Part shown: in pieces, positions 31,066-42,465 of the stretch
How positions within the stretch are numbered: the stretch's first letter is position 1
How the letters are laid out: each line of letters opens with the position of its first letter
Assembly: GCA_963745035.1 (NCBI GenBank)
Contig: CAVUVW010000014.1
Coordinates: 416,001-480,000 of the forward strand
Direction: 5' to 3'
DNA from: an uncultured delta proteobacterium
GTDB taxonomy: Bacteria > Desulfobacterota > Binatia > UBA9968
DNA: 64,000 bases
Notes under the pieces: generated by a model
The model's input: the letters and a program-made list of their open reading frames with translations, nothing else
Database searches by the model: none
What the model was told of the DNA's origin: nothing
Translations under genes and position numbers: made by a program

Positions 31066-32463
31066 ATGATTTTGCGCGCTCTTAAATTAACCGTTTTCCT
31101 GGCTTGCAGCCTGCCGGCCATCGGGCTTGCCGACAAGCTCGTATTGATCTCGCCGCACTGGGAGGGCATTCGGTATGAATTCGAGCGTGCGTTTAAAGCG
31201 CGCTATCAGAAGGAAACCGGTCGAACCGTAGAGTTGGAGTGGATTGACGTCGGCGGCTCATCGGAAACCCTGCGCTTTCTGCAATCGGAATTCAAGAACA
31301 AGCCGGCGGGAATCGGCATCGATGTTTTTTTCGGGGGAGGACTCGAGCCTTACCTGGCGTTAAAAACCGAGCGCCTCCTTGATGCTTACCCTCTGCCCAA
31401 GCCGCTGCTTGAAAAGATACCGGCGACCTTGGCAGGGGTGCCGCTGTATGATCCTGACTATTCCTGGTACGGCGCTACCTTGGCGGGCTTCGGCATCGTT
31501 TATAATAAAGTCGTACTGAATCTTATAAAACTTCCGGTGATCACGACCTGGGATGATTTGGCGTCGGCGAAAGCGTTCGGCTGGGTTGGATCTTCGGACC
31601 CGCGCAAGAGCGGCAGTGTCCACATGGTCTACGAGATTATCCTGCAGGCGTATGGCTGGGAAAGAGGCTGGCGGATCATTACGGGACTGGGAGCCAACGT
31701 ACGGAATTTTACGAATGCGGCGAGTCAAATTCCGAAAGACGTCGCGATCGGAGAAGTAGCGTATGGTTTGGCGATCGATTTTTACGCCTGGGCCCAAGTC
31801 AAAGAAGCAGGCGCCGATAAGATCGGGTTCGTCATGCCCGACAATCTAACGATTATCACTCCCGATGGCATCGGCATCCTGAAAGGCGCAGCCAACCTCG
31901 ATGTGGCGAAGGCGTTCGTCCGTTTCGTGATGTCTGAGGAGGGGCAAAAGCTATGGTTGCTGACCGAGAAGGCAGCGGACGGGCCGCAGCGTTTCCAACT
32001 CAATCGCTTCAGCGTACTGCCATCGTTGTATGCGCTGCCGCCGCAGAGCACCGCGGTAAAGCTCAATCCTTTTTCTTGGCAATCGAACTTTGTGTTCGAT
32101 CCAAAGTTGAGCTCGGAGCGTTGGTCGATCGTCAATGATCTACTCGGCGCTTTGGTGATCGACCAAAAGCATCTGCTGACCAGAGCGTGGAAAGAGGCCT
32201 TGGCGGCCGGTTCGAGCGAACAGGAATTTCAGAGATTGGCGGCTATGCCGGTGTCGGCGGATGAGGCTCTGGCCCTGGCGAAAACGAAATGGAAAGATCC
32301 CGCCTTTCGTAATCAAAAACTCAATGACTGGATTCATTTTGCCCGCAGTAAGTATCTGCTGGGGGTCAAGCCGCCGATCATACGCTATGAATGGTATAGC
32401 TTGATCGCCTTTGCTTTTCTCTCACTCGGTTTAGTCGCGTACAGTTGGAAGAGAAAAGCTTGA
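31066..32463 (+). CDS. Fe3+/thiamine-type ABC substrate-binding protein with C-terminal TM anchor
   Basis: 'LISPH', 'IDVFFGGG', 'DPRKSGS', 'PDGIGILKGA'; hydrophobic C-terminus ending KRKA. Confidence 0.85.
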   Translation: MILRALKLTVFLACSLPAIGLADKLVLISPHWEGIRYEFERAFKARYQKETGRTVELEWIDVGGSSETLRFLQSEFKNKPAGIGIDVFFGGGLEPYLALKTERLLDAYPLPKPLLEKIPATLAGVPLYDPDYSWYGATLAGFGIVYNKVVLNLIKLPVITTWDDLASAKAFGWVGSSDPRKSGSVHMVYEIILQAYGWERGWRIITGLGANVRNFTNAASQIPKDVAIGEVAYGLAIDFYAWAQVKEAGADKIGFVMPDNLTIITPDGIGILKGAANLDVAKAFVRFVMSEEGQKLWLLTEKAADGPQRFQLNRFSVLPSLYALPPQSTAVKLNPFSWQSNFVFDPKLSSERWSIVNDLLGALVIDQKHLLTRAWKEALAAGSSEQEFQRLAAMPVSADEALALAKTKWKDPAFRNQKLNDWIHFARSKYLLGVKPPIIRYEWYSLIAFAFLSLGLVAYSWKRKA

Positions 32464-32479
32464 ACACACGGCGGTAAGC

Positions 32480-33583
32480 ATGACGGTCAGCGTAAAATTC
32501 GACTCCATCACAAAGATTCTCGGCCAGTCCCGGGCAGTCGACAACCTGACTTTGGAGATCGGCGCGGGGGAACTGTTTTTTCTTTTGGGGCCGTCCGGAT
32601 GCGGCAAAACCACTGCGCTCCGTACCGTCGCCGGATTTTACACTCCCGACGAAGGCCGAATACTTTTTAATGGCCAAGACGAAAGCCGGGTACCGCCTCA
32701 CAAGCGGAATACCGGCATGGTTTTTCAAAACTACGCGCTGTGGCCGCACATGGACGTGCAAACCAACGTCGCGTACGGCCTCAAAATGCGCCGTGTACCA
32801 TCGGCCGACAAACAGAAGCGGGTCAGTCGCGCTCTGGAAATCGTCCACATGCAGGCCTATGCCGAGCGCATGCCGAATCAACTTTCAGGCGGACAGCAAC
32901 AACGAATCGCTCTCGCCCGAGCGTTGGTCGTCGAGCCGGACGTCGTCTTACTGGACGAACCGTTGTCCAATCTCGACGCCAAACTGAGAATCGAAATGCG
33001 CGCGCAGATCAAAGACATCCACCTGAAGATCGGCCGCACGATGATCTATGTAACCCACGATCAGGCCGAAGCGTTATCGATGGCGGATCGCATTGCGGTG
33101 ATGCGCCGTGGTCGGCTCGTTCAGGTCGGCACTCCCCACGAGCTGTACACCCGGCCCGAGTCAGCATTCGTCGCCCAGTTCATCGGCGGGACCAATCTTA
33201 TCGACGGAACGTTGGAAGAGATCGGCGATTTGTTAACCGTCAAGACTCAGGCTGGCGTCGTGCACGCGAAAAACGGTGTCAAAGGCATAAAGCGAGGAGA
33301 CACGGTTTTTTGTTCGGTGCGGCCGGAATCCTTGGAAATCAGACCCGCGGCCGAGTCAAGCGATAATCGGTCTCGGACGACCAACCACCTGCTCGCCGAG
33401 GTAAAAACCATCATGTATCTCGGCGATAGTGAACAATACTCCTTGCGGCTCGCCGACAGCGTCACGATGCATGCCGTGGAGTACAATCCGACCGCGAGGA
33501 AAGCTCAAGTCGGCGAACGAGTCGCGCTGCAGTTTGATCCCCAAGCCGTGGTCGTGTTGCCCCAGGAGGAGCTGGATGAGTAG
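32480..33583 (+). CDS. ABC ATPase (FbpC/PotA family)
   Basis: Walker A 'GPSGCGKT', 'LSGGQQQR', 'LLDEPLSNLD', TOBE-like C-terminus. Confidence 0.93.
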   Translation: MTVSVKFDSITKILGQSRAVDNLTLEIGAGELFFLLGPSGCGKTTALRTVAGFYTPDEGRILFNGQDESRVPPHKRNTGMVFQNYALWPHMDVQTNVAYGLKMRRVPSADKQKRVSRALEIVHMQAYAERMPNQLSGGQQQRIALARALVVEPDVVLLDEPLSNLDAKLRIEMRAQIKDIHLKIGRTMIYVTHDQAEALSMADRIAVMRRGRLVQVGTPHELYTRPESAFVAQFIGGTNLIDGTLEEIGDLLTVKTQAGVVHAKNGVKGIKRGDTVFCSVRPESLEIRPAAESSDNRSRTTNHLLAEVKTIMYLGDSEQYSLRLADSVTMHAVEYNPTARKAQVGERVALQFDPQAVVVLPQEELDE

Positions 33584-35274
33584 CTGGCTACGTCGCTACG
33601 ACCTCAACACCGCCAATGCCGCGGTGCTCATCAGTCTTTGGGTTTTTTTCATTGTTTTCCTGCTGTATCCGCCTGGGCTACGTTTTCTCCAATGCTTTTT
33701 TCACGTCGGAAGGTTTTTCCCTGGTTTTCATGAAACTCCTGTTTTCCAGCCCCAATTATACGATCATCCTCGCCAACAGCGTCAATCTGGGATTGGCGGT
33801 TACATTATTCACTACTCTGCTCGCTCTTCCCTTGGCCCTATTGCTTGTACGTTACAATTTTCCGGGCAAAGGATTGTTGAACGGTCTGATATTGATTCCG
33901 ATGGTGCTCCCACCGTTCGTCGGAGCAATCGGCATGCGCCAACTGCTGGCGCGATTTGGATCGATCAATCTACTGCTGCTGGAGATGGGTGTTATCAGTC
34001 AGCCCATAGACTGGCTGGGTGGCGGGAGTTTTTGGGGCGTGGTGATCCTGGAGGCGCTGCATCTTTACCCGATCATGTATCTGAATTTGGCAGCAGCCCT
34101 AGCCAATGTCGATCCCAGCCTTGAAGAAGCGGCGAAAAACATGGGGGCGAACGGCTTCAAGCTTTTCAGTACGGTCACTTTTCCTTTGATGCTGCCCGGT
34201 TATTTCGCCGGGGCGATTATCGTCTTCATCTGGGCATTCACCGATCTCGGCACCCCACTGGTTTTTGAATATCGTGAAGTCGTCGCCGTGCAGATTTTCA
34301 ACATGGTGACCGATCTGCATCAAAATCCCATGGGTTACGCGTTCGTCGTAGCCGTGATTGCGCTCACCCTATTTTTCTTTTACCTGTCCAAACGCATCCT
34401 CGGCGGCGGAAGTTATGAGATGCTCGGCCGCGGCCATGTAGTTTCCGCCGCGCGTCCCGCCTCGCCATCCATGACCATCGTCGCCTATGCGGTGGTCCTG
34501 AGTATTTCAGCGCTGGCGCTTATTCCGCACCTGGGCGTGTTGCTCACATCGGTCACTAGCCGGTGGTTCTTGAGCGTGCTGCCGAGTGAATACACCGGAC
34601 AATTTTATGCCAGTATATTTAGTCATGACCTCGCGCTCCTCAGTATCAAAAACAGTCTACTGCTTAGCAGTCTAAGCACGGTCATCGACGTAGTCCTGGG
34701 GGTCACCATCGCTTACCTTCTGGCGCGCAAGCGAGTACCCGGTCGAGGTGTGCTGGACGCGCTCGCGATGCTCCCTTTGGCTCTTCCTGGTCTTGTCTTG
34801 GCGTTTGGCTACGTCGCAGCGTTCTCCGCAACACCGCTCGACGCCCGCACCAATCCGGTTCCACTGCTGGTGATCGCCTACGCCGTGCGCCGACTACCCT
34901 ATATGGTACGCGCGGCGTACGCCGGCTTCCAGCAAACCAGCGTCGTCCTCGAAGAAGCGGCCATAAACCTTGGCGCCAGCCCGATGAAAGCTCTCTATCA
35001 AATCACTATGCCGCTCATCTTCGCCAATCTCGTAGCCGGGGCAGTGTTGTCATTTTCATTCGCCATGCTGGAGGTAAGCGACAGTCTCATCCTCGCCTCG
35101 AAAGAACAGTATTATCCTATAACCAAGGCGATCTATGCGCTTCTCGGGCGAATTTCGGATGGTCCGTATATCGCGAGCGCGATGGGTATGCTCGGCCTGT
35201 TGCTGTTGGCTGCGAGCATCTTCATCGCCGGCCGTTTCTTTGGTCGGCGTATGGGCGAGCTTTTCCGTGCTTGA
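33576..35274 (+). CDS. ABC permease (FbpB-like, two BPD domains; frameshift near 33672)
   Basis: Two EAA loops 'LEEAAKNMGA' and 'LEEAAINLGA'; many TMs. Confidence 0.9.
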
Positions 35275-35380
35275 CTTGAGGGCACAAGGCAAAGGTGCGT
35301 GGCCGAATCGCAAGTGGCCATGATTTTCCGAGCCGTCGCTATCGTCAGATTGCACGCCGGCTCCGCCGGGGTTTATCTTC

Positions 35381-36728
<1,348 letters not shown>

Positions 36729-36938
36729 CGCGAAATCGGCTCTGGCGAAACAAGAATCAAGGTTGTTCTGCTCCTGAGAGCGGCCGGCGCGGGCGCGGGA
36801 TGAGCTTGCAGTGAATAAAACACGCTGTCGTTGTAAGCACGCTTCAGTTCACCGTCATTGCTTCTATTATGCCGGCAGGCGTGTTCAACAAAATTCGACC
36901 ATGCGAGTCGAAATATTTTCTAAAATGATATTTTTTTC

Positions 36939-36968
36939 TTGACATACAAGTTGTTGTGCCTTAATAAT
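36939..36968 (+). promoter_or_regulatory. Sigma70-type promoter of the Lys-rich microprotein gene
   Basis: TTGACA-N18-AATAAT with AT-rich upstream region. Confidence 0.65.
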
Positions 36969-37085
36969 CGAAGCACCTACAAAATATGGGAGGGTTTTTG
37001 GTACGAGATTTGTCTTCGCCTGAGTTACGCTTTAACGCCTGTCAACTGAAAAGCCCACCCGCGGAATCCTAATAAGGAGGTGCTT

Positions 37086-37136
37086 ATGGCTGCTAAGAAG
37101 AAAGCCAAAAAGAAAGCCAAAAAGAAAAAGAAGTAA
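37086..37136 (+). CDS. 16-aa Lys/Ala microprotein MAAKKKAKKKAKKKKK
   Basis: Strong SD TAAGGAGGT, then ATG 4 nt later; mixed AAG/AAA codons; own promoter and terminator. Confidence 0.75.
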   Translation: MAAKKKAKKKAKKKKK

Positions 37137-37218
37137 GCACGAATTTGTGAGGTGGTTGTGGTTGTGGTTTAAACCCTCCTTACTCTCAGGCGACAAGGTA
37201 ACCGTTCTGGTTGCCTAA

Positions 37219-37262
37219 TACACAGCGCCCTCCGACACCCAATCGGAGGGCCTTGTGTTTTC
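37219..37262 (+). terminator. Intrinsic terminator after the microprotein gene
   Basis: gccctccga-cacccaa-tcggagggc followed by cttgtgtttt. Confidence 0.65.
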
Positions 37263-37423
37263 AGTGGTCCGCGCGCGTTTCCATTCTCCAAAATTAATCT
37301 TGCCGCTGTGCGGCTTTGACAAGCCGCCGAGATGTAACTCGCCCAAAACTTCACGCGGCGGCTAGACATCCGCTGAGTCCGTCGGTATTGCGCCGCTCGG
37401 AGCAGTTGGTTAGAGTGCTCTCC

Positions 37424-37990
37424 ATGAAACTCGTGGCTTTTGATTGCAGCCTCAGGATCGCGCTTGCTCTCGCGGCGAGCCTGATCGCGCTGAGCCGCGC
37501 GCCGGCGTGGAGTCAAGCGAAAGTCGACTATAAAGTCGTGCCGATTCTGCAACCGATGAAGGACAACGCGCCGACGCCGGATTTTAATTTGGCCACTCCG
37601 GACGGAAAGAAGCTCTCGCTCAAGGATTTTCGCGGCAAAGTCGTGTTGCTGAATTTCTGGGCGAGCTGGTGCGTGCCCTGCCGCGAAGAGATGCCGGCGA
37701 TGGAGAAGCTCTACCAGGAATACAAGCAGAAGAATTTCGTCGTGCTCGCGGTCGCCGTCAAAGACCGCAAGCAAGACGCCATCGATTTCGTCAAGGAGCT
37801 GAAACTGACCTATCCGATTGCGCTCGATCCCGAAGCGCAAGTCGGCACGCTCTACGGCGCCTGGGGATTGCCGGCGACGTATCTGATCGGCCCGAAGGGT
37901 GAAGGCTTGGCGCGCGGTTGGGGTCCGGCGGATTGGTACAATCAAGCCACGCGCAAGCTGATCCAAGATCTCGTCGACGGCAAGAGATGA
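37424..37990 (+). CDS. TlpA/ResA-family thiol-disulfide oxidoreductase
   Basis: '[16 protein letters not shown]', 'GLPATYLI'. Confidence 0.9.
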   Translation: MKLVAFDCSLRIALALAASLIALSRAPAWSQAKVDYKVVPILQPMKDNAPTPDFNLATPDGKKLSLKDFRGKVVLLNFWASWCVPCREEMPAMEKLYQEYKQKNFVVLAVAVKDRKQDAIDFVKELKLTYPIALDPEAQVGTLYGAWGLPATYLIGPKGEGLARGWGPADWYNQATRKLIQDLVDGKR

Positions 37991-38724
37991 CCGAAGTCAA
38001 CGTCTTCGTGGCCTTCGCCGCGGGTGTCTTCTCCTTTCTCTCTCCCTGTGTTCTGCCGCTGATCCCATCCTATCTCTCGTTCGTTTCCGGCGTCTCCCTC
38101 GATGAGATGCGCGGCGAGCAGGGGCGCCTGCGGGTGCGCTCGCGGGTGGTGCTCAACTCGCTGGCGTTTATCGTCGGTTTTTCCTTGGTGTTCGTCTCCC
38201 TCGGCGCATCGGCAAGTTTTCTCGGTGGCCTTTTTTTAAATTATCGAAATGCCATCCGCATTCTCGGCGGCGTATTCGTGCTGCTGGTAGGACTTTATCT
38301 TGTCGGTGTTTTCAAAATCGCCGCCCTCGAGCGCTACCTGCAGTTCGATTTGAAAGACAAGCCGGCCGGCTATCTCGGCTCGGTGCTGGTCGGCATCACC
38401 TTCGCCGTGGCCTGGACGCCCTGCGTCGGACCGATCCTCGGCGCGACCCTGGCGCTTGCCAGCACCGCCGGCGAAGTGAGCCGAGGCACGGTGCTGCTGA
38501 GCAGCTACGCCGCAGGCTTGGCGCTGCCGTTTTTTCTGAGCGCCTTGGCCATCAACTCGTTTTTACGATTCTCGCAGCAGCTTCGGCCGTACATCCAAGC
38601 CATCCATATCGGCGGCGGGCTGCTCTTGATTATCGTCGGCATTCTGCTGATCACGGACTATATGACCTTGCTCAACGCCTACGCGCTGCGTTTTACTCCG
38701 CAATGGCTGCTCCAGCGCCTTTAA
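37987..38724 (+). CDS. ccdA: Cytochrome c biogenesis protein CcdA
   Basis: 'SFLSPCVLPLIP', 'WTPCVGPILG'. Confidence 0.92.
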   Translation: MTEVNVFVAFAAGVFSFLSPCVLPLIPSYLSFVSGVSLDEMRGEQGRLRVRSRVVLNSLAFIVGFSLVFVSLGASASFLGGLFLNYRNAIRILGGVFVLLVGLYLVGVFKIAALERYLQFDLKDKPAGYLGSVLVGITFAVAWTPCVGPILGATLALASTAGEVSRGTVLLSSYAAGLALPFFLSALAINSFLRFSQQLRPYIQAIHIGGGLLLIIVGILLITDYMTLLNAYALRFTPQWLLQRL

Positions 38725-38849
38725 GCGCCGCTTCATCGCGACGCTGGTTTGACCCGCTTTCGGCCAAATGATACTTTTTTTAGACTTTTCTGTGACGCGG
38801 GCGATCTTTACACTGGTCAAGGCGTCGACATCTCGCCGGAGCAACCACG

Positions 38850-39398
38850 ATGGAAGAACACATTCGCGAGATTCTTAAGGCGATGGGCGAAGATCCCGAC
38901 CGCGAGGGGCTTTTGAAAACCCCGCAGCGGGTCGCCGAGGCTTTTACTTTTTTGACCCGCGGCTACGAGATGGATCCTGCCAAGGTCATCAACGACGCGC
39001 TGTTTACCGAAGATTACGAAGAAATGATCGTGCAGAAAGACATCGACTTCTACTCGCTCTGCGAGCACCACCTGTTGCCTTTTTTCGGCAAGGCCCACGT
39101 CGCCTACATCCCGCACCATAAGATCGTCGGCATCTCCAAGCTCGCGCGCCTAGTCGATGTCTATGCGCGCCGCCTGCAGGTGCAGGAACGCATGACTAAT
39201 CAGATCGCCACCATCATCATGGAAAAGCTCGACGCGCTCGGGGTGGCCGTGGTGATTGAAGCGGAGCATCTGTGCATGCGCATGCGCGGCGTCGAGAAAC
39301 AAAACTCCTACGTGATCACCAGCAGCCTGTTGGGCGCCTTTCGCACCCGCCAGGATACCCGCAGTGAATTCATGAACTTGATCCGCCACAAGCTTTAA
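38850..39398 (+). CDS. folE: GTP cyclohydrolase I
   Basis: '[11 protein letters not shown]', '[10 protein letters not shown]', '[10 protein letters not shown]', 'HLCMRMRG'. Confidence 0.97.
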   Translation: MEEHIREILKAMGEDPDREGLLKTPQRVAEAFTFLTRGYEMDPAKVINDALFTEDYEEMIVQKDIDFYSLCEHHLLPFFGKAHVAYIPHHKIVGISKLARLVDVYARRLQVQERMTNQIATIIMEKLDALGVAVVIEAEHLCMRMRGVEKQNSYVITSSLLGAFRTRQDTRSEFMNLIRHKL

Positions 39399-39408
39399 CG
39401 AGGACTGG

Positions 39409-40884
39409 ATGGAAATACGATTTCGCGACGCCAGCGCCGAGCGCATCAAGACCGGACTGCTCGTCATCCCGGTGCGCGAGAAAAAGCTCGATGCGCCGGA
39501 AATCCGCGCGCTGGACCGCGCTCTCGGCGGCAACCTGCGCGGGCGCATTCAGAAGAGCGGGTTTACCGGCGCCGAAAACAGCACTCTGCTTTACCCCACG
39601 GCCGGCTCTCTGCCCGCGGCGCAACTCTTGTTGGTCGGCATGGGCGGCGGAGCAGAGAGCGCTGAAACGTGGAGAAAGGCCGGCGCGCGCGCGCGCCGAG
39701 AAGCGGCGGCCGTCGGCGCCGATGACCCGGCGCTTTTTTTTGCGCCGGAGAAAAGTTCCGAGAGCGCCGCCGCGGCGGCGGCCGAAGGCGCGCTACTCGC
39801 GGCTTACCAATTCAATAAATATCGCTCCAACGCCAAGCCGGCAGTGGAGATCAAGTCTTTCACACTCTTCAAGCCGGGACTGAAATCCACCGCGGGTTTG
39901 CAAAAAGCGGTAGACACGGCGCAGGCGGTGATCCCCGCCGTGTTCCTGGCGCGCGATCTGGTCAACGAACCGCCGTCGGTGGCGACCGCGCGTTTTTTGG
40001 GCGACGAGGCTGCGCGCCTGTGCCGCGGCCGGGGTTTAAACGTCGAGGTCTGGGGCAAAAACAAGATCACTTCGATGAAGCTTGCCGGGCTCTTGGCGGT
40101 CAACCGCGGCAGCCAGGAAGAACCGCGGTTTATTAAAATTCATTACCGACCAGGCGGCAAAGCCAAAAAGAAAGTCGCGCTCATCGGCAAAGGCATCACC
40201 TTCGATTCCGGCGGCTTGTCGCTCAAGCCGTCCAAGTCGATGGAAACCATGAAGCTCGACATGGCGGGCGGCGCGGCGGTGATCGCCGCGATGAGCTGCC
40301 TGCCGAAGCTCGGGCTCGACGTGGAGGTGACGGGCTACGTTCCGACGACCGACAATCTGCCCGGCCACAACGCGCAAAAGCCGGGTGACGTGATCCGCTA
40401 TTTAAACGGCAAGACCATCGAGGTGTTGAATACCGACGCCGAGGGACGATTGATTTTGGCCGACGCCCTCGCGCTCGCCGCGCAGCAAAAGCCCGACTAC
40501 ATGATCAATCTCGCGACCCTGACCGGCGCCTGCGTGGTGGCTTTGGGCACGCAAGTCGCCGGACTGTTCAGCAATCATCAACCGCTAACGGATGCGCTTT
40601 TGCGCGGCGCAGCCGAAACCGGCGAAAAACTCTGGCCGTTGCCGCTGGTCAAGGAATATAAGGATGCGATCAAGAGCGGCGTGGCCGACATGAAGAACAT
40701 CGGTGGCGCGCACGGCGGCGCCATCATCGCCGCGTTGATCCTGCAAGAATTCGTCGCCGACGTACCCTGGGCGCATCTCGATATCGCCGGGCCGGCGTTC
40801 GCTGAAAGCGATCACTTAACCTGCCCCAAGGGCGGGACCGGCTTCGGCGTGCGCACGTTGATCCATTTTCTTTCGAACTTGTAA
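39409..40884 (+). CDS. pepA: Leucyl aminopeptidase (M17)
   Basis: 'GKGITFDSGG', 'MKLDMAG', 'NTDAEGRL', 'WAHLDIAG'. Confidence 0.95.
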   Translation: MEIRFRDASAERIKTGLLVIPVREKKLDAPEIRALDRALGGNLRGRIQKSGFTGAENSTLLYPTAGSLPAAQLLLVGMGGGAESAETWRKAGARARREAAAVGADDPALFFAPEKSSESAAAAAAEGALLAAYQFNKYRSNAKPAVEIKSFTLFKPGLKSTAGLQKAVDTAQAVIPAVFLARDLVNEPPSVATARFLGDEAARLCRGRGLNVEVWGKNKITSMKLAGLLAVNRGSQEEPRFIKIHYRPGGKAKKKVALIGKGITFDSGGLSLKPSKSMETMKLDMAGGAAVIAAMSCLPKLGLDVEVTGYVPTTDNLPGHNAQKPGDVIRYLNGKTIEVLNTDAEGRLILADALALAAQQKPDYMINLATLTGACVVALGTQVAGLFSNHQPLTDALLRGAAETGEKLWPLPLVKEYKDAIKSGVADMKNIGGAHGGAIIAALILQEFVADVPWAHLDIAGPAFAESDHLTCPKGGTGFGVRTLIHFLSNL

Positions 40885-40894
40885 GGAGGAATCT

Positions 40895-41221
40895 ATGGGA
40901 AAGATCACCGAGGTAGGAGACAGTAACTTCGAGGCCGAGGTCTTGAACTCGGCAGTGCCGGTCTTGGTCGATTTCTGGGCGCCCTGGTGCGGCCCGTGCA
41001 AGTCGATCGCGCCGATCGTCGAAGAGATCGCCGGCGAGTACGAAGGCAAGCTCAAAGTGGCCAAGCTGAACGTCGACGACCACCCCGGCACCGCGTCGCG
41101 CTACAACATCCGCGGCATTCCGAACCTGATTATTCTGAAGGGCGGCGCCGTCAAGGAGCAGATCATCGGCGCCGTGCCGAAAGCAAAGCTGGTGAGCGCC
41201 ATCGAAAAAGCGCTTCAGTAG
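40895..41221 (+). CDS. trxA: Thioredoxin
   Basis: 'WAPWCGPC'. Confidence 0.97.
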   Translation: MGKITEVGDSNFEAEVLNSAVPVLVDFWAPWCGPCKSIAPIVEEIAGEYEGKLKVAKLNVDDHPGTASRYNIRGIPNLIILKGGAVKEQIIGAVPKAKLVSAIEKALQ

Positions 41222-41246
41222 ATTCCAAGGCGATCAGACAAAAGGC

Positions 41247-41305
41247 AACGGCCGCCTGCAGCGATCACCGGGAGAACTCGGGCTCGTGGCAGGCGGCCGT
41301 TTTTT
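41247..41305. terminator. Hairpin/terminator between convergent trxA and rodA
   Basis: aacggccgcctgc ... gcaggcggccgtt followed by T-run. Confidence 0.6.
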
Positions 41306-41361
41306 CGAAGCGGCTGCAAACGAGAATTCGCACATGAGAACGTGGCGCTGCTAACCACGAG

Positions 41362-42465
41362 TCAAAAAACATAGCGCCGCATGCTGACGTTCATGATCAC
41401 GCCCATGGCGAACATCATCGAAGCGAGCGCCGAGCCGCCGTAGCTCACCAGCGGCAAAGGCACCCCGACCACGGGCATGACGCCCGCGACCATCGCGACG
41501 TTGATCGCAACGTGCCAGAAAACGATCGTGATCATGCCGAAGACCAACAGCGCGCCGAAGCGGTCCTTGGCGCGCTGCACCAGGCCGATGCAATACGCGA
41601 TCATGATGAAGTAGAGCAGCAGCAGAATGGCGCATCCCAAAAAGCCCCATTCCTCCGAGAATACGGCGAAGATGAAGTCGGTGTGCTGGGCGGGCAGAAA
41701 ATCGAGCCGGTTCTGCGTGCCGTGCAAAAAACCTTTGCCGAACAGCCGTCCCGAGCCGATGGCGATCTGCGACTGGATGACATGATAGCCGGCGCCGAGC
41801 GGATCGCGGTTGGGGTCGAGAAAGGTCAGGATGCGACCTTGCTGATAGGGCCGGAGAAAATTCCAGAATATCGGCAAGAAAGCCAAGCCGGCGCCGACCA
41901 ACCAAGCAAAGGAGCGGATTCTTAGACCGCCCATCAAGACCATGCTGATAAAAACGATGCCGAGAATGATCGCCGTTCCCAAGTCGGGTTGGATCAGAGT
42001 CAAAAAAATCAGCGGCGCCACCGTGAGAGCGGGTATCCACAGGTCGCGCAGATAATAACCGCGTCCCGGCTCGTCGGCTTGAAAGTATTTGGCCATCATC
42101 AGCACGATAGCGAGCTTGGCGGGCTCTGAGGGCTGCAGGCGGAAAAATCCTAAATTGATCCAGCGCTGCGAGCCGCCGCTCGAATGGCCGACGATCATCA
42201 CCAGGACGAGAAGCACGAGCATGATGCCGAAGAACGGGTACGCCAGCCGATCAATATAATGATAGTCGAAGCTGATCGCCACCAGCATCGCGACCAGGCC
42301 CAGCCCGAACCAGGTCAGTTGCCGCGCCGGCAGGCCGCCGGCATGGCCCTTGTCGAGGTCGAAGTTGGCGCTGTAAATCGTCATGACGCCGACGGCGACA
42401 AACACCAGGCAGAGCAGAAATAACGGCCAATCGAAGTGCGAAATCAAGCGCCTGTCAATTTGCAC
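41362..42465 (-). CDS. rodA: Rod shape-determining protein RodA
   Basis: 'QPSEPAK', 'QPDLGTA', 'HTDFIF', 'PLVSYGGS'; GTG start overlapping the mrdA stop region. Confidence 0.95.
   Translation of the reverse strand: MQIDRRLISHFDWPLFLLCLVFVAVGVMTIYSANFDLDKGHAGGLPARQLTWFGLGLVAMLVAISFDYHYIDRLAYPFFGIMLVLLVLVMIVGHSSGGSQRWINLGFFRLQPSEPAKLAIVLMMAKYFQADEPGRGYYLRDLWIPALTVAPLIFLTLIQPDLGTAIILGIVFISMVLMGGLRIRSFAWLVGAGLAFLPIFWNFLRPYQQGRILTFLDPNRDPLGAGYHVIQSQIAIGSGRLFGKGFLHGTQNRLDFLPAQHTDFIFAVFSEEWGFLGCAILLLLYFIMIAYCIGLVQRAKDRFGALLVFGMITIVFWHVAINVAMVAGVMPVVGVPLPLVSYGGSALASMMFAMGVIMNVSMRRYVF

Noticed and set aside
36999-37014. Sigma54 promoter TGGTACGAGATTTGTC
   Set aside because: The -12 element is GT rather than the conserved GC, and a sigma70 promoter explains the unit
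37086-37262. Lysine attenuator leader peptide
   Set aside because: Downstream genes are tlpA/ccdA, unrelated to lysine metabolism, and the terminator is ~90 nt past the stop
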